Of a DNA stretch of 63,888 nt, positions 52,959 to 62,832 are shown in pieces. The DNA comes from a virus, in IMG/VR virus record IMGVR_UViG_3300020165_000002; one strand, 5' to 3'. The notes under the pieces are model-generated. The model did no database searches. It was not told the DNA's origin and saw only the letters and a list, made by a program, of their open reading frames with translations. The position numbers were made by a program, and so were the translations under genes. The first letter of the stretch is position 1, and every line of letters starts with the position of its first letter.

Positions 52959-55482
52959 TAGTCAATCTGGAAATTGGGCTAGTTCATCTACATGGGGAGG
53001 TTCAACTCCAGCTGACGGAGACATATTCACAATATCACAAGGGCATAAAGTCACTGTTAATTCTGACCAAAGAGCTGGAACTGGTTTTGGCGATATTCTT
53101 GTTAGGGGATGTTTGCATTTTGATACTGGAGGGAAAATAAGAATAAACGGAAGGGTTACTGTACAGGGTAATGGATCTACTGATTACTCTAAAACAGACG
53201 GTGTGTCTGCACAAGATTTTACTGAAGGAGGAAGCTCTTCAGGAGCTTTATTGTCTGCCACAGGAAATAATATTGTTTTAGAGTTTGAAGGGACAAATTC
53301 AGACCAACATGGTATATGGATAGAGAACGTTACTTATTCATCTTGGAAGTTTATAGGTGATGACAGTGTAACAACTACTTCTTTAACTACTGTTGCTAAC
53401 GTAGAAGATTCTAATTTAGTCGTTTCTGATACAACTGGGTTTGCCCCTGGTGATTGGGTAGCTATATATAATTCTGGTCAAGGTGATTATAGAGTTAGAT
53501 CAGACGAAGGTTGTTGGGTTCATGACGTTGATTCATCAAACAATAGAATATATATAAAGAAATTTGTAGGGCCAAAAGCAATAGTTTCTTCTGCTATAGG
53601 CTCAACTTTAGTTGTTGATCACAGTGATATATTCAGAGTAGGCTACATTATTATATTTGGAACTGGCAGCAACAGAAATGTTAGAACAATAACGGCTATA
53701 AATAATCAAACAAAAACCTTAACCTTAAACTCAAATATATCTGGAACTATTGCTAGTGGTACAGAGGTATATGAAACAGGTTTAGATAAAAAACATTTAT
53801 CAGGTCACACTGTTAGAAGAAACTCGGCTGTGCTTACTAGTGCTGCAGCTGTTAATGATACTACTGTAACTATTAGCAATGCAACAGATATAAATGTTGG
53901 AGATACAATAAATATCGATGTCAACAATGATGTTGATACAAATTGGAATTATAACACTGAGTATTCAGTTACGGGTAAAAGTGGCAATACCTTAACAGTT
54001 AGCCCAGCTATAGCACATGTTAGAAAGGTTGGTAGCTTGGTGCAAAGATTAAATAGATCAATAGAAATAAAAGCTGTTGATTCTGACGTAAGAGCATTTT
54101 GCTACGTAGAGTATTATACAGACTATAGTAGAGCTAGTACTAGAGAAATAGGGCTAAAAGACATACTATGGAACGGTATGGGTGGTAATAGTAACAACAA
54201 CTATTATAGAGCTCAAGTTTTTGTAGCTGGTTATAATAGTAGATATAGAGACAATGATCACGCTACAGATTCTAGGTATGATTACCAAAGTAAATACGAA
54301 AACTGTGTTGTATTAAATGAACCAACGAATACTAGTTATGGTGGAATGAATACAAGACATACACATAGTTTTATTCATAGAAACTGTATATCTGTTTATT
54401 CAGGTCAAAGAGGGTATTGGCAATGGTCATCACACCACGATACTCAATTTGTAAATAACTATAGTACTCGTAACGCTTACGCTAGTTTACATAATGATGG
54501 TATGTACGAAGCAAATGAATGGGCTTACTTATACTTCACTAGATCGGATGATCATGGATTTATGATGCACCACAATAGAGAGATGAACCCAGTTCACAAC
54601 GTTATACTATTGAACCACGAGCAAAGACCAGTGTACATGTATTACCAAGCGCCTAACTCTCACTTTAAAAGATTCCACATAGATGGTTTTAGAAGTATAC
54701 CTTACATTGGTATAGGTGGTGGAGATGCCGTGTTCCAAGATTCATATATACAAAACAAATATTACAAACAAGTTCCAGGTGTGTATGCTGGTTATACGGA
54801 CACTTTTGGTGTTGTTGACGCTAATGATTACCTTGGTAGCGGTTCTGGTGACAGTAGAGCTAATAGTTATAGAGGTGGTGGTCATTGGATGATGTCTCAA
54901 TATCAAGACTGGTGTTTTGAAGATGGATTAAACGCCGTAGTTGAAAACTCTTATAACTTAAAATGGAATAAAGATGGAGGTAATATATGGAGTGTTGTAA
55001 ATCTAAGGTCAGAATATTATTTAGTTGGACAAGAAATCTTATATGTTCCTGCTAACACAGCTGTTACTATAAAAGGCGAGTTTAAAGGTCAATTAGGTGG
55101 TTCTTGGAGTTATCCTTATATATGTGCAAAACCACATACTAACAATGCTTTAGGTAGGTATCAAACTAGTTACACAGATCAAACAAGCTACGGTTCTAGT
55201 TCGGATAATGATGTTAAGAAAAGCATGCTTAACGGCTTCAAAGATGAAGTGCGCTTTGATAATGCTTCTGGAGTTTGGCAGCAAAAAACACTAACAATAT
55301 CAGCTCAAAAATATGCTTATACTCTTTTAGCAGGTTATTCTTGGGATAGTGATAACCAAGAAGAAATAGGCTATATAAGAGATTTAAGATTTATCTTTTC
55401 TACTCCAGCGAAAATAAAAACAAAGTTTGGTGGTAGATCAGAACTCAATGTTAGCAGAAAAAGAATAAGCGGAAGAATTTAA
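52942..55482 (+). CDS. tailspike-like protein (possible beta-helix polysaccharide depolymerase)
   Basis: 846 aa within the fibre cluster. N/G/S/T/Y-rich with periodic hydrophobics. No catalytic motif identified. Confidence 0.4.
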   Translation: MANLTSSQSGNWASSSTWGGSTPADGDIFTISQGHKVTVNSDQRAGTGFGDILVRGCLHFDTGGKIRINGRVTVQGNGSTDYSKTDGVSAQDFTEGGSSSGALLSATGNNIVLEFEGTNSDQHGIWIENVTYSSWKFIGDDSVTTTSLTTVANVEDSNLVVSDTTGFAPGDWVAIYNSGQGDYRVRSDEGCWVHDVDSSNNRIYIKKFVGPKAIVSSAIGSTLVVDHSDIFRVGYIIIFGTGSNRNVRTITAINNQTKTLTLNSNISGTIASGTEVYETGLDKKHLSGHTVRRNSAVLTSAAAVNDTTVTISNATDINVGDTINIDVNNDVDTNWNYNTEYSVTGKSGNTLTVSPAIAHVRKVGSLVQRLNRSIEIKAVDSDVRAFCYVEYYTDYSRASTREIGLKDILWNGMGGNSNNNYYRAQVFVAGYNSRYRDNDHATDSRYDYQSKYENCVVLNEPTNTSYGGMNTRHTHSFIHRNCISVYSGQRGYWQWSSHHDTQFVNNYSTRNAYASLHNDGMYEANEWAYLYFTRSDDHGFMMHHNREMNPVHNVILLNHEQRPVYMYYQAPNSHFKRFHIDGFRSIPYIGIGGGDAVFQDSYIQNKYYKQVPGVYAGYTDTFGVVDANDYLGSGSGDSRANSYRGGGHWMMSQYQDWCFEDGLNAVVENSYNLKWNKDGGNIWSVVNLRSEYYLVGQEILYVPANTAVTIKGEFKGQLGGSWSYPYICAKPHTNNALGRYQTSYTDQTSYGSSSDNDVKKSMLNGFKDEVRFDNASGVWQQKTLTISAQKYAYTLLAGYSWDSDNQEEIGYIRDLRFIFSTPAKIKTKFGGRSELNVSRKRISGRI

Positions 55483-55492
55483 AATATAAAAT

Positions 55493-58400
55493 ATGTCAAT
55501 ACCATTTTTAAATAACATAACAGTCGATGATTCAGGACACATACAGTTTAAAACAGCTGCTGGAGCTAACGCGGGAAAAATAAATCAAGATGGAAACAAT
55601 CTAGTTTTAACAAATGCTGTTGGTGATATTTTATTAGGTGATGGTTCATCTGATGTTTACATAGGGGATGGTACTAATAATGTTGATATTATATTCGAAC
55701 AATCAGGTGCTATAAAAGGTGACGGTAGCGCGATAACACTTACTTTAGGTGGTGCAAATACAACATTAAACTTAGAAAATCCTAACATAAATGGTTCTGT
55801 AACTCTACCTACTACAACTATAAATAGTAAAATGACCTTTGGAACAGCAAATGGTTACATACTATTTGATTATGAGCCATCAGGTGATACTGGTCAATAC
55901 GCTAGCGAGGTTCCTTTAATAAAGGTTAGTCATGGATCAAACGAACACACTATACTTGCTAGATTAAGTGAGTATAGAGCAGTTGTTTTAGGTCAAGATG
56001 ATACCGTTTGGTTACAAGCTGGTGACACTAGAAGCGTTATAACTTCTAACATTGGTTTAACAGGAGAGCAAGTGATAATGTCAGCTGAAGGTGGTTTTAT
56101 TGCTTATGGTTTTCCTGAGAACAATACAACTTGGTCTAATAGAGTAGAATTTCAGTTTAGAACCGATAGTGGTACAGCTAGTCAAAATGGTTTATACATA
56201 GGTGACGGTGGTAAAACTCAGTTTATAGATTTAAATAGAAACTTAAAAAACATTGGAACAATAAGTTCTGGTGCTATATCAGCCACTGGTGATTCAATTA
56301 TTTATGGCAAAACAACAGTTTACAAAAGCTCTTCACATACTGCTCAAGGTTCTTTTAGCGCTAACAATGCACATTTAGATTTATATAATCCGCTGCAAGC
56401 TAATACAGATCAAAAAGGATCTATAATAACTTTTACAGATAATTATTACGATGGTAGTAGTTATGTTAAAACAACAAGAGCTGGTATAAAAGGTGGTACT
56501 GATACTACTGGTAACACAGCTGATGGTTATTTAGAGTTTTACACAGACTCAGGAGGTGCTAACACACCAAACTTAGCGTTAAGATTAGATAAAAATCAAA
56601 ACGCAACTTTTGCAGGGACAATAGGATCAGGCGCTATTACATCTACTGGTAAAATAACTGGAACTGAGTTAGAAGGTACTAGCCTAGACATAAACGGCGA
56701 TGGTGCTATTGATGGTAAAGTTATAATTTCAGATGATGATAATGGTGCGTTAACTATAAGAAGAGCATCTAATACGGATCAAGCCTTGTATTTAAGAGGT
56801 GGTGCTGGTTCAGGTGAAGGTAGAGTTGCAGCTCAATACTCTTTAGACTTAGTATCAGGTTTAGGCGGTAGTAATAGTTATGATTTAAAACTTATTACAA
56901 GCACTGGTACAGCTTTACAAATAGATGCTAGCGATAGTAATAAAGCTATATTTTCAGGTCCTATAACATCAACAGGTCAAATTACTGGTACAGAATTAGA
57001 AGGCACTAGCTTAGATATAAACGGTAATGCTGATATATCAGGTGATCTAGTAATAACTGGTAACATTAAAAATAATATAGAAAATGGTACTTTAGACTTT
57101 TATGGTGGAACAGATGCAACAAACGATGCACATATAAGATTACATGGTAATAACACTCAATGGGGATCTTTATATATGGACTTTGGTTATGATGCTGCAA
57201 ACAGTAAGTTTATAGTAAACCAAGGTGGTACAGAAAGATTTAAGATTCAAAACAACGTAGCTTATTTTTCTGGTAAAATACAAGGTGCAGGAGAAATAGA
57301 AGGGACGTCTCTAGACATCAATGGTAACGCTGATATATCTGGTGAAACAACTTTTAAACCAAAACATTACGCAGCAACAGACGATCTAAATAGTGACACT
57401 AGAACTATATTTAGCACTCATTCAACAAATGGATCTACTTCAAACAGACCAGTAAACTGGTCAACAATATACACTCTTGGCGGTTCAGGTACGAACGCGT
57501 TACAAATAAGTACTAATGAAGATTATGAGGAGTCTGGTATGTGGATCAGACAATATAATCAAAATAATGCTTCACCACAAGGAACAGGTTGGCAAAATTG
57601 GACAGAAGTACATACAACTAATACTTTTGCTGTTGCTGACGTTTTAAACTCAAACGTAACGCTGTCCAGCTTAGGTGCAGCAGCTGCTTCGCATGAGCAT
57701 AGCGCAGCTGATATTACATCAGGTACTTTACCTGTATCGAGAGGTGGTACTGGATTAACATCTCAAACACTTTATTTAAACTCAAAATCATTCTCTAACT
57801 TTTTATCAACAAACGCTGATTGGGACACAGTAAACACTAGAGGTACATATAGGTTAACAGGTAGTTCAAACAGTATGTTTGGCGGAAGCCACTCTACAGG
57901 GTTAGTTGTAACACAAGATGATGGTAATTATGGTTGGCAACTTTTTTCAAATAGTAGTTCAAATAACACTGAAGGATTAAAGTATAGATATAAATCAAGT
58001 AATGCAGGTGGATGGGGTGCGACTCAGACTATACTTACAAAAACATTTGGTGATGGTAGATATTTATTAGACTCTGAAGTTACAAATCTTGCCGACGTAA
58101 AAGCGTTTGATCCTAGTGACTACGCGACATCAACTCAGGGTGGTACAGCAGATAGTGCACTTCAAAACGTAGTAGAAGATACATCGCCTCAGTTAGGTAG
58201 CCATCTAGATATGAATGGCATGCGAATGTACGAGACAAATGAAGCTACAGCTAGTATAGATTTAAGGGATCACAGTAGTTATACTTGGTTTAGAAACTCT
58301 GCTAATGCATGGGTATTTCAAGGTGGAACATCTGGTGATGATTGGACACAGTCTGTTAGATTAACGCTAGAATCTATCGATTCATCTAACAATAATAAAT

Positions 58401-61400
58401 GGGTACTTCTTGGTCAACAAAATGCTAACCAAACAGAAGGTAAGTATAAGGGTGTACGTATAGTTAAATATAATAGCGGTACTATAGATGGAGACTTGCA
58501 AGCAGGTACTGCAACCTTTAGCGGAGACTTAACAGTAACTGGTAATTTAAATATAACAGGAGATATAAACTCTTACAATGTTACAGACTTAGACGTAACA
58601 GATAAAACAATAACTATCGGTGCTGGTCAAACAGAAGCTAACTCAGGAGGTTCAGGTATTATAGTAGACGGATCTTCAGCTAGTATGCTGTGGAACGAAA
58701 CTGATTCTAGATGGGATTTTAATAAAAATATATATAGCGCTGGAACTATTGTATCTGCTACTACTGTAACAGCTCAAACAGGTATTAGAGCGCTAGATAG
58801 TGATGGCACAAATGTACATGGTTTCATGGGCTCCAACGCAAATGAAGGTACTTTAAGGATAAGTAACGGATCTAACTGGGGCTTCATAGCTAGAGGTGTT
58901 AGTAACGATCCTAGAATAGGTGCTTATCACGGAGGTCAGTTAAAAATAGAAGGTTTTCATAATGCCGATGGTTCAGAAGGAGCTGATACTGTTAATTTAG
59001 CACAATTTAATTTTTCCGCAGGAAAACTTAATGTAAATGGTGATATAACTCTTACGGGTACAGTTGATGGAGTTGATATAGCCACAAGAGATGCTTTAAT
59101 GGTTACTACAACTGGTGATCAAACTATAAGCGGTAGAAAAACATACACGCACGGTGACGGCGTTATGATACAGTCTGGAAGTCAAGGTAACGCTATACGC
59201 TTAGTTACGAATAACGACGCTGCTCAAATAGCTGATACTTTCGCAGCTAATACTGCTAAATCTTACATTTACTTTGATGCTAGAACAAGCTCTAATGATC
59301 CAGGTTATATAATGCATGAAACCTCGTCCTCTGAAGCTAACGAAGCTGTATTACACTTAGTGCCTTCAGATGATAACTCTTATGGAGACTATGTAAGTAT
59401 ACATGGTACCAACGATGCAGACTGTCTTAAACTCCACACTAGTGGAAGAATAGAAACTGCTTCTGGCTATGAGCTATCTATGGTATCAGGTTCTGGTAGT
59501 GTAAAAGTTGACGACTCGCTATTAGTAACTGGAAACGTAAACATAGGTGCTAACGAAAGTGGTAGATCTTTATACGCATATGGTGCTGCAACTGGAGAAG
59601 GAATGTTCTGGAATGGTAGTGATAGCCATTTAACTATAAAACACGATGATGGCGACCTTGGTTTAGAAATATACCCTGTTAACTCCACAACGCCTACAGT
59701 TCCTCAATTAAAAATTGGTAGAGACAACGGGCAGTATTGGGGTGTTTATACCACCGATAGAGACACGTTCTTAATTCATAGACAAGACGAGACTTCTGGT
59801 CAAATGAATACTAATTTTGATCAATGGGATAGTAATACAACTGATCCTAGCGGTGAATGGAGATGGAGATCTGGTGATGGTACAGGTGCATCAATGGTAA
59901 ACGCTATGTCTTTAACTAAAGGAGGTGTTCTAACCCTAGGAGGCACTAGTCAAATTAAATCCAATACAGATTTATCTTTGGTTAATCCAGATGGAGAATA
60001 TTTTTTATACGGAGCATCAAACGCTCAAGTGGCATTATATCATAATGGTGTAAAAAAGTTTGAAACTACATCTACAGGCGCATCAATAATAGGAAACATT
60101 GATTTAACTCCGTCGAGTTCTGATATTTTAATGATAGATAATAGCGGTGCTGCTTTAGAGGTAAAGCAAGGCTCTGATTTATATATGAGATTTATCACTA
60201 CTAATGGTGGTGAACACATAGAGGTAAATAAGAATATTGAGCTACAAGGAGTGACTGCTACAAGCGGTTCTTTTTCAAGCACTTTAACTGTAACTGGTGC
60301 TGGAAATTCTAGTAATTGGAAAACAGCATATGATCATAGTCAGGTAGCACACGCACCAAGTAATGCAGAACAAAATGTGCAGTCAGACTGGACTGAAACA
60401 ACTACAACTAGTGATGCGTTTATTTTAAATAAACCTAGTACATTCACACCTAGTTCTCATACCCACTCTGCGACAGAAATAACATCTGGAATATTGCCAA
60501 CAGCAAGACTTGCGGAGTTTTTAGCAGATAAACACACATACACTCCAAATGAAAACGGAAGTAGTAGTGGTGGTTACTACATGCCTATGGTTAAAGGAGG
60601 AGTTTATACAACTTCTGATTCATCGAAAACAGGTTACTTAAAAATAAAAGTTCCTACGTTTGCAGGAAATCAAATGATGTCTTTCACTGTAGATATTTAT
60701 GAATACAATAGCGATAGATCTCAAAGCATAAAATTAGGGGGTTACAACTATGCTAGTAGTTCTCCTTCTTGGTATAACACTTTTGCTATTGCAACTCAAG
60801 ATTCAGACAATAGGAATTTAAATGTTAGGTATATTACAGATGACACTAATGATGAACATTTTATTCTTATAGGAGAAAGTGATACAAACTGGACTTATCC
60901 GCAAGTGGTTGTTAGAGATTGGTTGTCTGGTTACAGTACTAGTTTATCAGAAATGACAGGCTCTTGGGATTTGGATTTCGTAACTTCTGTTACAGGTTCT
61001 ACTAACTCAACACATAGTGATAATCACCCATATGCACATTGGGATAGAATAGAAGATAAGCCTAGCACGTTTGCGCCAAGCTCTCATAATCACGATGACA
61101 GATACTATACTGAAACCGAGTTAAATGCAGGTCAGTTAGATAATAGATACTATACTGAATCAGAGTTAAATGCAGGTCAGTTAGATAATAGATACTATAC
61201 TGAATCAGAGATGAATGCATCATGGTACAATGCGTCTACTACAAGATCAAAGTTTACTACTACTGATGGTACTCAAGACGACTACACGTTTAAAGTAGAC
61301 GACGAAGGTAACATTAGTGGTAACAAATGGTACCACGTCGCAACAACAACTAGTGGTAGTGGAGGTTTGCACATGAGAGGTTTTATAGCTAACCATGTAG

Positions 61401-62533
61401 AATCCTTTGCAGCACAGAAATTTAATTTAGCAATACAAGTTAGACAAGGTAATGATGGTGGGCAATTAGAAATAACTGGTAGCGTAGACGTCTTAGATAA
61501 TGACACTGCTACTAACGGTACTGATAAAGTAGGTGTTAGAGTTATTAAAAGTGCTGAGAACGGAACTTACGATGAATTTAAAGTTTATATAAGAACATGT
61601 AGATATTCTCAGGCTCACGTTAGAATGACTCAAGAAGGATCATTTACATTTAACACAGACGGATCCTCAGTTACAACAGAGCCAGCACCAGTTACTGGTG
61701 GTCACTTAGAAATAGATACTTCTAATGGAAACTCTGGTTTTACAGAAGGTAACCACTTGATAACTGATAGTCAAATTGTAGCGTCTTTTGCAACAACGAC
61801 TATTGGTGGTACTAACGGTACTACTCTTTACAACAAAGAAGATAATTTAGTTTTAATGTCTGGTGGTACTAACGGTACTAACTTACAAATAAACGATGCT
61901 AACGGTGAATACTTGTTTACTACTGGAGACGTTAGAATCAACCAAGGTAGCCTTTCTATATCAGCAGATGGTAGCAACAATGTTACTTTATCAGAAAGTG
62001 GTAGTGGTGATTTTAAAATTGATGCTGCAGGTGATATTACTTTAGACGCTGGTGGTAATGATATTAGATTTAAAGTCAATAATACTGAGTACGGAAAGTT
62101 TAAAAGTGATAGCAGTGATTTTTCTATATACTCGTCAATACAAGATAAAGATATATTGTTTAAAGGTAATGATGGTGGTACAACAATTACTGCTCTTACG
62201 TTAGATATGTCAGCAGCTGGTAAAGCAACGTTTAACAATGATGTTGTTGCTTTTTCAGATAAGAAATTAAAAGAAAATATAAAAACTTTAGATGGTTCTA
62301 AGGTTTTAGAAATGAGGGGTGTTAGTTTTGATAGAAAAGATACTGGTTTACCTAGCTCTGGTGTAATAGCTCAAGAAATGCAAAAAGTAGCACCTGAACT
62401 TGTTAGTGAAACAAACGGAACTCTAGGTGTATCTTACGGAAACATAACAGGGTATCTAATTGAAGCTATAAAGGATTTAAAACAAGAAGTAGAAGAACTT
62501 AAAAAACAAATAAAAAATGGCAATAACTTATAG
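55493..62533 (+). CDS. giant tail fibre with a C-terminal S74-type intramolecular chaperone domain
   Basis: 2346 aa. Repeated 'TGTELEGTSLDINGN(A/G)DISG' modules, 'SxHxH' fibre knobs, and 'RYYTE(S/T)E(L/M)NAGQLDN' x3. C-terminus 'SDKKLKENI..GVSFDRKD......GVIAQEMQKV.PELV' matches auto-cleaving chaperone (peptidase S74) domains. Confidence 0.7.
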   Translation: MSIPFLNNITVDDSGHIQFKTAAGANAGKINQDGNNLVLTNAVGDILLGDGSSDVYIGDGTNNVDIIFEQSGAIKGDGSAITLTLGGANTTLNLENPNINGSVTLPTTTINSKMTFGTANGYILFDYEPSGDTGQYASEVPLIKVSHGSNEHTILARLSEYRAVVLGQDDTVWLQAGDTRSVITSNIGLTGEQVIMSAEGGFIAYGFPENNTTWSNRVEFQFRTDSGTASQNGLYIGDGGKTQFIDLNRNLKNIGTISSGAISATGDSIIYGKTTVYKSSSHTAQGSFSANNAHLDLYNPLQANTDQKGSIITFTDNYYDGSSYVKTTRAGIKGGTDTTGNTADGYLEFYTDSGGANTPNLALRLDKNQNATFAGTIGSGAITSTGKITGTELEGTSLDINGDGAIDGKVIISDDDNGALTIRRASNTDQALYLRGGAGSGEGRVAAQYSLDLVSGLGGSNSYDLKLITSTGTALQIDASDSNKAIFSGPITSTGQITGTELEGTSLDINGNADISGDLVITGNIKNNIENGTLDFYGGTDATNDAHIRLHGNNTQWGSLYMDFGYDAANSKFIVNQGGTERFKIQNNVAYFSGKIQGAGEIEGTSLDINGNADISGETTFKPKHYAATDDLNSDTRTIFSTHSTNGSTSNRPVNWSTIYTLGGSGTNALQISTNEDYEESGMWIRQYNQNNASPQGTGWQNWTEVHTTNTFAVADVLNSNVTLSSLGAAAASHEHSAADITSGTLPVSRGGTGLTSQTLYLNSKSFSNFLSTNADWDTVNTRGTYRLTGSSNSMFGGSHSTGLVVTQDDGNYGWQLFSNSSSNNTEGLKYRYKSSNAGGWGATQTILTKTFGDGRYLLDSEVTNLADVKAFDPSDYATSTQGGTADSALQNVVEDTSPQLGSHLDMNGMRMYETNEATASIDLRDHSSYTWFRNSANAWVFQGGTSGDDWTQSVRLTLESIDSSNNNKWVLLGQQNANQTEGKYKGVRIVKYNSGTIDGDLQAGTATFSGDLTVTGNLNITGDINSYNVTDLDVTDKTITIGAGQTEANSGGSGIIVDGSSASMLWNETDSRWDFNKNIYSAGTIVSATTVTAQTGIRALDSDGTNVHGFMGSNANEGTLRISNGSNWGFIARGVSNDPRIGAYHGGQLKIEGFHNADGSEGADTVNLAQFNFSAGKLNVNGDITLTGTVDGVDIATRDALMVTTTGDQTISGRKTYTHGDGVMIQSGSQGNAIRLVTNNDAAQIADTFAANTAKSYIYFDARTSSNDPGYIMHETSSSEANEAVLHLVPSDDNSYGDYVSIHGTNDADCLKLHTSGRIETASGYELSMVSGSGSVKVDDSLLVTGNVNIGANESGRSLYAYGAATGEGMFWNGSDSHLTIKHDDGDLGLEIYPVNSTTPTVPQLKIGRDNGQYWGVYTTDRDTFLIHRQDETSGQMNTNFDQWDSNTTDPSGEWRWRSGDGTGASMVNAMSLTKGGVLTLGGTSQIKSNTDLSLVNPDGEYFLYGASNAQVALYHNGVKKFETTSTGASIIGNIDLTPSSSDILMIDNSGAALEVKQGSDLYMRFITTNGGEHIEVNKNIELQGVTATSGSFSSTLTVTGAGNSSNWKTAYDHSQVAHAPSNAEQNVQSDWTETTTTSDAFILNKPSTFTPSSHTHSATEITSGILPTARLAEFLADKHTYTPNENGSSSGGYYMPMVKGGVYTTSDSSKTGYLKIKVPTFAGNQMMSFTVDIYEYNSDRSQSIKLGGYNYASSSPSWYNTFAIATQDSDNRNLNVRYITDDTNDEHFILIGESDTNWTYPQVVVRDWLSGYSTSLSEMTGSWDLDFVTSVTGSTNSTHSDNHPYAHWDRIEDKPSTFAPSSHNHDDRYYTETELNAGQLDNRYYTESELNAGQLDNRYYTESEMNASWYNASTTRSKFTTTDGTQDDYTFKVDDEGNISGNKWYHVATTTSGSGGLHMRGFIANHVESFAAQKFNLAIQVRQGNDGGQLEITGSVDVLDNDTATNGTDKVGVRVIKSAENGTYDEFKVYIRTCRYSQAHVRMTQEGSFTFNTDGSSVTTEPAPVTGGHLEIDTSNGNSGFTEGNHLITDSQIVASFATTTIGGTNGTTLYNKEDNLVLMSGGTNGTNLQINDANGEYLFTTGDVRINQGSLSISADGSNNVTLSESGSGDFKIDAAGDITLDAGGNDIRFKVNNTEYGKFKSDSSDFSIYSSIQDKDILFKGNDGGTTITALTLDMSAAGKATFNNDVVAFSDKKLKENIKTLDGSKVLEMRGVSFDRKDTGLPSSGVIAQEMQKVAPELVSETNGTLGVSYGNITGYLIEAIKDLKQEVEELKKQIKNGNNL

Positions 62534-62831
62534 TACTAACATACTACATTTAAAAGGCGCTCCTATCTTTCAAGATCTAACTAACGTTATAACTGAGGTT
62601 GAGTTTGAAGTTGTAGCTGTAGATGGTGATTATACTCATAATAGCATGGGTCATATAAAAGTGGATTTAAACGAAGATGATTTTACTGTGTTTGAAGATA
62701 TAACTGAAGAGCAAGTTGTTGGATGGGTGGAATCTCACCCTGTCCATCAAGGACATAAAAACCATTTAGAAGAGTTTATAAATAATTTAAAACAACCTAC
62801 AGATGTAGGTATGGAAAAACCTTGGGAATAA
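62517..62831 (+). CDS. hypothetical protein (104 aa)
   Basis: Overlaps the fibre stop by 17 nt. Acidic. Confidence 0.5.
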   Translation: MAITYSTNILHLKGAPIFQDLTNVITEVEFEVVAVDGDYTHNSMGHIKVDLNEDDFTVFEDITEEQVVGWVESHPVHQGHKNHLEEFINNLKQPTDVGMEKPWE

Positions 62832-62832
62832 C

